Shown piece after piece: positions 17,581-25,112 of a stretch of 28,881 nucleotides of DNA (within the stretch, counting starts at the first letter, position 1; each line of letters starts with the position of its first letter). The DNA comes from Pedosphaera sp. (GTDB lineage Bacteria > Verrucomicrobiota > Verrucomicrobiia > Limisphaerales > SIBH01): the NCBI GenBank assembly GCA_031414955.1, contig JANOQV010000022.1, positions 1 through 28,881 of the forward strand, given 5' to 3'. A model generated the notes under the pieces. It did not search any database. It saw only the letters and a list, made by a program, of their open reading frames with translations, and had not been told where the DNA came from. The position numbers and the translations under genes are program-made.

Positions 17581-20500
17581 CAGCGCTGGCGGATGCGGTA
17601 GAAACGATGACTGGGCAAGCCGCCGGTCAACGTGCCGTCGTCGGTGAAACTGAATTCGCCGGTGGCGGATGAGATGATCGCGGGCAGTTCAATCCACGGC
17701 CCGGCCGGGTCTTCGGCATACAGCACAGCAAAGGTGGCGCTGGAACTGGCGCTCCAGGAGAAGCTCGCGCCACCGGGGCCGAAGGACAGGCTCTTGCTCA
17801 CGGCAAGGTCAGCCCCGGGGGAGAAAGCCGCGCAGTTGGTATCAAAGCCGGCGATGATCTCAAAAGGCACCGGCACGGCGTTGGTGTTTTGCACGGCCAG
17901 GAAGTAGCGCCCGCGATTCAACAACGGATAGCTGCCCACCGAAAGAATGTTGGTCTCATCCAGCACATTGATGAGCAGCGGATAGTCGCCGAACGCGCCG
18001 GTGAGCGGGAAGGTGCCCTGGTTGAAAATGAGGTTCAGCGCATAAAGCGGGTTCAGGCTGCGCAAGACGTTGGTCACCTCGGCGCTGTCGCAGCTCACAT
18101 CGAAGGCGAAGTAGCTCTGGTTGCCGGGACCCACGCCCGCCTTGAAGGGCAGCGTGTTGGTCAGCAAGACGAAGGGCGGGTTGGTCCGCACGTAGGTCAG
18201 GTGCAACCGCCAGGCGATCAGATTCGCGGTGCTCACGTCCGCGCCCAGCCGGTTGTCCCAGAGCTCCAGCTTCCAGTCTCCCGCCGCCTGCTGGGCAATG
18301 AAGGGCGTCAACGGCTCCTCGGGCAGGTAATACTTCCGCCCGGTCTCGCGCAGCCACACGTCGTCCAGCCACACGCCGGGAGTGACGCCGGTGAATTCCA
18401 GCACCGTGTTGGTCGCGCGGGCCACGAAGGTGACGGTCTCGGTGCGCCATTGATCGGAGAGGGCGGAGAAGAAATTAGTGTAGCAGCCCACGAGCTTGAC
18501 CTGACCGACCGAGGCCGCGATGCGCGGGGCGACGCCGGGGTCGAGGAACAGGTTGTCCATGGTAAAGAGATCGCCAAATTCAGTCGTGAACCGCACCTCA
18601 TCCACGCCCTGATAGTCAAAGTTGACCAAAGTGGGGCCAGCCGTGGTCAGGTAGTTGGTGGTGTCGTAAACCACCGCGCCGCGCAGCAATCCCTCCACCC
18701 GCAGCGGCAAGCCGTCCACCAAAAGCGCGGTCAACTGCGCGGCGTTGAAGTTGAACGGACGGGCGCTGAAAAAGGAGGCGGCCACTCCGAGTCCATTGGT
18801 GTTGATGACCACGTTGCGCGGCGTCACCCAGGCCACCGGGAACTGGGCCGCGCCGTCCACCGCCGCAAAATAGTTCCACTGCAACCCGGCGAAGTCGTTG
18901 GGCACGGGCATGAAACTGCTGGGCGCGCCAGGGGCCGGCAAATCATCGAAGGTCACGACCGGAGTCTCGAGTGCGCCGGGCGCGAACTGAACTCGGAAAC
19001 CATGAGCGGAAGTCCCGCTCCCGTTGTCGCCATTGTCGAGCAGGAACTCCAACTGGTTCTGTCCGTTGGTGAACCCGGACGAGAGGGTGAAAAACACAAA
19101 CCCATTGGTGGCCGGTGGGCCGACCGCGAGACCGACGTCGCGCCCATTCAAACGAGTAGCGAGGATCTTGTCGTCGCCCGCCAGCCACCCGCTCAGGATG
19201 GCATTCGTCTGAATGCCCCGGAGATTGAACAAGACCCGATAGGTATAGGCGGTCGTGCCCAAGATCGAGGCGGCCAGATGATTTGAAGGATCAATTCCAA
19301 TCCATCGGGTGGCACCGTTGGTCTGATCAAACCAGGTGAACTCCATCGCATTTGTCCACTGCACGAAAGGCCGGTTGCTGCTCACCGTAAAGTCGTTGCT
19401 CGAGACGAGATAATGGGAATCGATCTCGCCGGGCAGCAAGGGCACATCGTCCCGGTCCACGCCCGTGCTGTAGAGGCTCCGGCGTGCCGTGCGGGTGGCA
19501 AAGCGCAGCGTGTATTCCCGGCCGACCACGGTCGGCAGCACCCGCTCCACCACGCCGGTGCGCAAGAAAAGGACGTTGGTGTCCGAGTAACCCAGCGCCA
19601 CGTTGGTTTGGACAAAGACGTGGTTGCTGGTCACCAGCCAGCCATCGAAAGCCTGGGTGGTGATGAGGCGGTTGGCGAAGGGGAAGATGGCGACATTGGT
19701 GAAGTTCGTCCGCTCAAACCCGCCGAGGAAAATGTTCGTCCCCGTGAAGTTCGTCTCCCCAAACGGCGTGGGCGCAAACTTGATCGGCCAGATGGCCTTG
19801 GCCGGATCGTCGGTGAAGGTTGCGTAAAGGATCTTGTTGGTGATGACCTCGATCTCATCCACGCGGACGGTGTCGAACAAGACGCCCGCCGGGTCGATCT
19901 CGCCGTTCACATTGGTGCCCCGGAATTGCAGCCGGTTGGTCACGCCGGTCGGGCGGAAGATAAAATTCGTCACCTTCCACGCCAGGTTCGTCCGGTCGCC
20001 CCAAGTATTGAGGGCATCATCCCGCACCTGGGCCTGCAACGTCGTCGTGCCCGAGAACAGATTGCTCAACGTCACCTCCGCCTCCGGCACGTAGGGCGTG
20101 AGGGTGATGACGCTGTTGGAACTGTCTGGATTGCGCGCGTAGGCGAAGGAAAGCTGATAGGTCCGGTTGGTTTGGAGCACCAGATTCGTCCACACGGTGC
20201 CGGGGGCGAAGTTTCCTACGTCCAGGCTGGCGCGGCCGCTGTGCGCGACGAAGCCGTGATCCGGATCGGGGTTGTCCACGATCAAAAGCGTGTTCCCTTC
20301 CCCGACCCTCCAGCCGGAAGTGATCGGCCCGGGCGGGTTGGTGCTCACGACCGTGCTCACGTTGAACCGGGGATCTTCAAATCCATCATCGAAGAGCCGC
20401 GCCCCGAAATTCGTGACCACGATGTTCGAGACCGTCCAGCCGTAGCCGTGCGGCGTATCGTACCCACGATTCTCGGCCAGCAGAGTGCGCACGCCGGTCG

Positions 20501-23500
20501 GGCCGGTCAGATGCACGGACAGATCGGCCACGCGCGGATGATCGATGCGCAGGTCCACCTCCACGCTGGCTACGAGGCCGCGGTTGGTCACGGTCAGGAA
20601 CGAGTTGGTCGTGGCGTCGTCGATGAAGAAGACGGAGTTGGTTTGCTCGAGGGTGAGAATGCGGTTGGCGTTCAAGCCCCGTTCGAGATCAACGGTCAGA
20701 TGGTAAGGCACGTCGTCCGGCCCCGCGTTGTAGAGACCCACGTAGTACCGGCCGGGGCTGACGGGCGGGTTATCGTTCAAGCCCAGGTCCAGGCAGCCGC
20801 CGGGAAAGAGGATGTCGAGCAACGCCTTGTCGTAGAAGACACGATCCGGGAAATCACCGCGCCGCAGATACAGTTCCAGCGGGCCGGTGCCGCCGCCTTC
20901 ATAGGTGACACAGGCATGGATGTTGGTCACATCCGCCGTCACCGGGAAGGCCGCGTAGCGCCAGCGCCCCGGCGGCAGCGTCCCGTACAAATCCACCGGA
21001 CGATTGCGGTTGGTGCTCGCGGGCGAGATGACCAGGGTCAGTTCCTGCACCAGGCCGGTGTGGAAAAGCGCGTTGTCCGAGATGTCATACTGCCAGAGGC
21101 CAAAGGCTTGCTGCCCGACGAAGTTGCGCAAGCTGCCCGGGCCGTCCGGCGGGATCGTCGGCGGCACGGAGTTGGTCAGGTCGCCTTCGTCGCTGTCGTC
21201 ATAGATGCTGGTGTCCCAACCGTTCCAGGTGCGGTGATTGTTTAACGTCACCGCCGCGTCGCTGCCATCGGTGGGATCGGCATGATGCAGGATGCCGATC
21301 AGGTCGCCCGCCTCCTCGTGGAAAAGGATATTGGTCACGATGACGCGCTGCACGAGCACGTCCCGCTCGACCACCAGGGCGAAGAGATTGGTGCCGCCCG
21401 GCGCGTCGGGCGTGCCGTCGGGAATGGGCGCGGGGAAGACGCTGGCGACGATGTTGTTGCTGCTGTCCCGCGCGCTAAAAGCTTTGTCGCTCGAAATGGC
21501 GATGATGCTGAACTGGGCCGCCTGCTGGTCCTCCGACTTCACCCCGATGTAGAAAACTTCATCCGGCACCGCGTTGGTGAAAAGCACCAGTTCGGTGCCG
21601 CTGCGGCCGGTGGATTTGGCGGCCAGCCCCACTTCGGTTGGATCGAGGAGCAAGAGCTTCTCCGCCGTGGCCGAGTGCTGGTCGGCACAAACATACAAAT
21701 CAATGTCCGCCTCGCGCACGCGCGGCCGCGACAGCTCGGGCGCGAAGAAGGTGAAGATGGCGACGTACTGCCCGGTCTTGACCACATTGTTCAGCGAGTT
21801 GGTGTAGAGGAAGAAGCACCACTGGTTGGTCGTGCCGTTGGTGCTGACGATCAGGGCGGAGTTCGCGCCCACGCGCTGGTTGAACAGTGCGGCCGAGTTG
21901 GCGTTGGTGTTGGCGCGAACGAGCGACGCGATCCGGTTGGAATTGTCGGAGGCAAAAGCCACCGGGCCGGTCACGGCCAGGTTCACGTTGTTCGAGGGCG
22001 CGACGTTGCCGCTGGAGATGACCAGGGCGTAATCCTGCCCGATGTAGTTGGAGTGGCTGTTGACTGAATTCACGTTCACCCGGTGGCCCTTGACCACCAC
22101 GTTGTAACTGGCCGCGAGCGGCGGACGGATATAGATGTTCTCGACGTTGTTCACGTAGTCGCGCGCGTCGCCCACCACCTGGGTCAGGTTCGTGACCGCC
22201 GGCAGGTTCGTATCCGTGGTCGAGACAACGAACGGCTCCACGAAATCGCTGCCGGGCGAAAAGTTGTTCCCCAGGTAGAGCAGCGCCGAACTGTTGGTCA
22301 CCGAATTGGTGCCGGAGACCGCGACGCTCGTGCCAAGTCCATCCACGGTCAGATTCAAATCGTTGACCAGCTTGACCCCGGTGAGCGGATTGCCGGGCGG
22401 ATCCGTCCAGACCAGCGAGACGCGCAACGGATAAGAGCGGGCCTCGGGCGGCACGGTGATGGTGTAGGTGTTCGACGCGCCGGTGATGAGCGAGTTGGTG
22501 AGGTCCTGGTCGAAGAAGCGCATCGGGCCAGTGGTGCCGTCCGGGTCCAGCCCGGAAGGAATCGAGTTGCTCAGGCTGACCAGACCCCAGCCCTGGTGAT
22601 TGACCACGGCGTGAGTGTCGAGGTTGTAACTCGGGCTGAGCGAGCGGGCACCGTTGATGACCAGCGCCTTGAGCAGCGCGGGGCTGGCACTGGTGACCCG
22701 CGAACCTTTGGCCAGGAACTCCTGGAAGAGCGCGAGCAGGCCGGAGATTTGCGGCGCGGCCATGCTGGTGCCCGCCTCGTAGCGATAATAGGGCTTGAGC
22801 GGCTCGTTCAGCGCCTTCAACTCCTCGTAGTAATTCCCCACGTCGTTGGTGACGGTGAGCAGCACCACCAGATCGAACACCACCGTGTTCGAGTCGAAGG
22901 CGTTCACCACCGTGTAGAACATCGTCCCCGGCCGCAGCGTCGGCGGCACGAGCGTCACGGGGCTGGGGCCAATGGTCGTGGTCGGCACGGCGTCAATGTC
23001 CGCGCCGATGAGCAGGCCCGGGTGGATCTGGGCCGTGGAATTCGAGAGCGCGAGAATGGTCACGCTGAGGGCATTGCCCGGGATGTTGAGCGCGAAGAGG
23101 TTGGTGACGTTGAACGGCGCGGGGACGAAGTTGTAGCGATAGACCGCTGTGCTGAGCGAATTGCTCTCCTCCTGAAAATCGATGCTGCGGGCCGAGACCA
23201 CCATGCCGCCAGGCGCGATCACGTCCGGCTTGAAGCGCCCGTTCGGCCCCTCGAGGCCGATGCCCACGTTGCCCCGCGCCGAGAAGGGCGCGACCTGGCT
23301 CGAGCTGTCGGTCATGGGCAGCCAGGGCTGGTTGGTCTGGCAGACCGTGACCACGCTGGTGGAGGTGGCGGTGATATTGGTCACGTCAAAGCATGGGTTG
23401 CGATAGACACGATTATCTATGAAGCGCGGCAGATCCGACCCGCCCACCGAGATCACATTCTTGGCCGTGGCCGGCGAGAGGATGCTGCCGGGAATGCCGT

Positions 23501-24911
23501 TCAAGCCCTGGCTGTCGCCGCCGCCGTTGTTGCCCGCCGCAAAGACGTAGGCCACTTCCTGCTCGCCCGTCTCGCCCGGCGACGAATCGCGCACCGCCGC
23601 GTCATAGCTGGCCGCGAAAATGTCGTAGTCGTTGATCGGGTAGCCCCAACTGTTGTTGGAGATGCGAATCTTCCGCAGCGCCGTCTCCAACTGGAGGTTG
23701 GCATCCGGCCCGCGATAATCCTGCACAAAGACCGTGGCCAGCGGAGCCACCCCGGAGAAGATCGCCGCGTTCGTCGAACCCATCGCGTTGGTCGGCGCGA
23801 GCGGCGAGGCCGCGCCATCTCCGAGCAACGTGCCGAGGACGTGCGTGCCGTGGCCATCCAGGTCCGGCGCGTAACTGCCCGGATCGATGCGACCGGTGAA
23901 GTCAGGATGCGAATCGTCCACGCCCGAATCGTTCACGCCCAGCAGCACATTGAGACCGGTCAAGTGATCCGCCGCCGTGGGCGCACCGTAATGACTCTCG
24001 GGCGGGCGCGTGATGGGCTGGTTGGTGGAGACGCGAATCTTGACCCGGCTCAGATCGTTGGCGAGCCGCTTCGGCACATGGACCGAGATCAATTGCACTT
24101 CGCGAATCTGCGCGAGGGCCGCGAGCGCGTTGGCCGGCGCCTTCACCTTCAACACGTCGCCAAACACGGTGGTCTGCGGTGCGCCCTCGATCTGCGCGCC
24201 CAGCCGTTCCAGTTGCGCCCGGACGGCGGCGGCCTGGCGCGGGAAGCTGACCACGTTCAGGAATTCATAGGCGGAGAACTGCCGCTCCACCGCCAGCGGC
24301 AGCAGCAGCGAATCAAATTTGTAGTACGGCTCCAACGGCTCCACCGCCTGCACCCAGGACGAGCCGCGAATGCCGGCCAGCACGCCGGAATCCGCGCGCA
24401 CCAGGAAGGCGTTGTTCGGCACGTAGGAAATAATTTCCGCGCCCGCCCCGGTGAGCCACGCGCGGAAGGAGGCCGTGATCGCGCCGCGCGACTGCACGAT
24501 GTAAGCGCCGGGATCGCCCTGCGCCCGCAGGTGCGCCGGGATTTCCGGCCGGGCCGGGTTGGCCGTGTTCAAGAGCACGTTGCGCAAGAGCAGCGCGCGA
24601 TCACTGCGGGCCAGTTCGTTGAGCGGCAGCTTCGTGTTGCTCAGGCGATAGGCGACCAAGCCCGCCGGTGGGCCGTTCGGGACATTGGTCGTGACGGTGG
24701 CGAGCAGTGGGAGCACCGAGGCGTCCGCGAGATAGTTCGTGACCTGGAGTCGGAAGGGCTGGCCGGTGGCGGCGTTGGTCGCGCTGACCGCGTTCGTGGC
24801 CACGGCGGAGGGCCGCCGCGCGACGCGCTGGTCGCCGAGGTGCCAGAACCAGGCGGCCGCGCCGAAGAGCACGAGGCTCAACAGGAACCAATGACGTGTT
24901 TTGAGGCGCAT
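17580..24911 (-). CDS. Giant multidomain S8 subtilase (propeptide, catalytic domain, proprotein-convertase P-domains, PPC/DUF642-like beta domains, C-terminal FYR domain)
   Basis: N-terminal hydrophobic anchor or signal; propeptide 'YIVQ...AEIISYVPNNAFLV'; catalytic triad GVNDSG (~23930), HGTHV (~23850), GTSMAAP (~22765); oxyanion FAAGN; KPDVIAPG; QGWG; 'LVWTDPPG...NDLNL...NNVE'; P-domain motifs. Confidence 0.92.
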   Translation of the reverse strand: MRLKTRHWFLLSLVLFGAAAWFWHLGDQRVARRPSAVATNAVSATNAATGQPFRLQVTNYLADASVLPLLATVTTNVPNGPPAGLVAYRLSNTKLPLNELARSDRALLLRNVLLNTANPARPEIPAHLRAQGDPGAYIVQSRGAITASFRAWLTGAGAEIISYVPNNAFLVRADSGVLAGIRGSSWVQAVEPLEPYYKFDSLLLPLAVERQFSAYEFLNVVSFPRQAAAVRAQLERLGAQIEGAPQTTVFGDVLKVKAPANALAALAQIREVQLISVHVPKRLANDLSRVKIRVSTNQPITRPPESHYGAPTAADHLTGLNVLLGVNDSGVDDSHPDFTGRIDPGSYAPDLDGHGTHVLGTLLGDGAASPLAPTNAMGSTNAAIFSGVAPLATVFVQDYRGPDANLQLETALRKIRISNNSWGYPINDYDIFAASYDAAVRDSSPGETGEQEVAYVFAAGNNGGGDSQGLNGIPGSILSPATAKNVISVGGSDLPRFIDNRVYRNPCFDVTNITATSTSVVTVCQTNQPWLPMTDSSSQVAPFSARGNVGIGLEGPNGRFKPDVIAPGGMVVSARSIDFQEESNSLSTAVYRYNFVPAPFNVTNLFALNIPGNALSVTILALSNSTAQIHPGLLIGADIDAVPTTTIGPSPVTLVPPTLRPGTMFYTVVNAFDSNTVVFDLVVLLTVTNDVGNYYEELKALNEPLKPYYRYEAGTSMAAPQISGLLALFQEFLAKGSRVTSASPALLKALVINGARSLSPSYNLDTHAVVNHQGWGLVSLSNSIPSGLDPDGTTGPMRFFDQDLTNSLITGASNTYTITVPPEARSYPLRVSLVWTDPPGNPLTGVKLVNDLNLTVDGLGTSVAVSGTNSVTNSSALLYLGNNFSPGSDFVEPFVVSTTDTNLPAVTNLTQVVGDARDYVNNVENIYIRPPLAASYNVVVKGHRVNVNSVNSHSNYIGQDYALVISSGNVAPSNNVNLAVTGPVAFASDNSNRIASLVRANTNANSAALFNQRVGANSALIVSTNGTTNQWCFFLYTNSLNNVVKTGQYVAIFTFFAPELSRPRVREADIDLYVCADQHSATAEKLLLLDPTEVGLAAKSTGRSGTELVLFTNAVPDEVFYIGVKSEDQQAAQFSIIAISSDKAFSARDSSNNIVASVFPAPIPDGTPDAPGGTNLFALVVERDVLVQRVIVTNILFHEEAGDLIGILHHADPTDGSDAAVTLNNHRTWNGWDTSIYDDSDEGDLTNSVPPTIPPDGPGSLRNFVGQQAFGLWQYDISDNALFHTGLVQELTLVISPASTNRNRPVDLYGTLPPGRWRYAAFPVTADVTNIHACVTYEGGGTGPLELYLRRGDFPDRVFYDKALLDILFPGGCLDLGLNDNPPVSPGRYYVGLYNAGPDDVPYHLTVDLERGLNANRILTLEQTNSVFFIDDATTNSFLTVTNRGLVASVEVDLRIDHPRVADLSVHLTGPTGVRTLLAENRGYDTPHGYGWTVSNIVVTNFGARLFDDGFEDPRFNVSTVVSTNPPGPITSGWRVGEGNTLLIVDNPDPDHGFVAHSGRASLDVGNFAPGTVWTNLVLQTNRTYQLSFAYARNPDSSNSVITLTPYVPEAEVTLSNLFSGTTTLQAQVRDDALNTWGDRTNLAWKVTNFIFRPTGVTNRLQFRGTNVNGEIDPAGVLFDTVRVDEIEVITNKILYATFTDDPAKAIWPIKFAPTPFGETNFTGTNIFLGGFERTNFTNVAIFPFANRLITTQAFDGWLVTSNHVFVQTNVALGYSDTNVLFLRTGVVERVLPTVVGREYTLRFATRTARRSLYSTGVDRDDVPLLPGEIDSHYLVSSNDFTVSSNRPFVQWTNAMEFTWFDQTNGATRWIGIDPSNHLAASILGTTAYTYRVLFNLRGIQTNAILSGWLAGDDKILATRLNGRDVGLAVGPPATNGFVFFTLSSGFTNGQNQLEFLLDNGDNGSGTSAHGFRVQFAPGALETPVVTFDDLPAPGAPSSFMPVPNDFAGLQWNYFAAVDGAAQFPVAWVTPRNVVINTNGLGVAASFFSARPFNFNAAQLTALLVDGLPLRVEGLLRGAVVYDTTNYLTTAGPTLVNFDYQGVDEVRFTTEFGDLFTMDNLFLDPGVAPRIAASVGQVKLVGCYTNFFSALSDQWRTETVTFVARATNTVLEFTGVTPGVWLDDVWLRETGRKYYLPEEPLTPFIAQQAAGDWKLELWDNRLGADVSTANLIAWRLHLTYVRTNPPFVLLTNTLPFKAGVGPGNQSYFAFDVSCDSAEVTNVLRSLNPLYALNLIFNQGTFPLTGAFGDYPLLINVLDETNILSVGSYPLLNRGRYFLAVQNTNAVPVPFEIIAGFDTNCAAFSPGADLAVSKSLSFGPGGASFSWSASSSATFAVLYAEDPAGPWIELPAIISSATGEFSFTDDGTLTGGLPSHRFYRIRQR

Positions 24912-24975
24912 AGCTTAGTTAATCACACTTTCTCACTTCACCGAAACCACAATTAACGGAGACCGGAATTTCGGA

Positions 24976-25026
24976 CCTCCCTCTCCCCTCAACGGGGAGA
25001 GGGAATGAGGGTGAGGGGAGAGGGAG
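24976..25026. repeat. REP-like palindromic element (CCCTCACCC...CCCTCTCCC...GGGAGAGGG type)
   Basis: cctccctctcccctcaacggggagagggaatgagggtgaggggagagggag. CTCCCTCTCCCCTCA can pair with the proximal GGGGAGAGGGA or with the distal TGAGGGGAGAGGGAG. Confidence 0.85.
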
Positions 25027-25069
25027 CTGGAACGCGCCGCTTTGGCGGCCCTGTCCTTCGTCCTGTTCG

Positions 25070-25097
25070 CATCCGTGTTCATCCGTGTCATCCGTGT
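25070..25097. repeat. 9-bp tandem repeat (CATCCGTGT)x3
   Basis: catccgtgt-t-catccgtgt-catccgtgt, just downstream of the pseudopilin stop codon. Confidence 0.85.
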
Positions 25098-25112
25098 CTA
25101 AAAATCTTCCGC

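Noticed and set aside
22083..24956. 957-aa plus-strand ORF, and similar long ORFs at 10869-12299, 12187-13974, 15015-16838, 17889-19286, 19413-21245 and 27066-28820
   Set aside because: Antisense shadows of well-supported minus-strand genes. They have no motifs and are expected with high-GC codon bias.
25051..25099. Short repeats as a possible CRISPR remnant
   Set aside because: The units are 9 bp, tandem and without spacers, and there are no cas genes.
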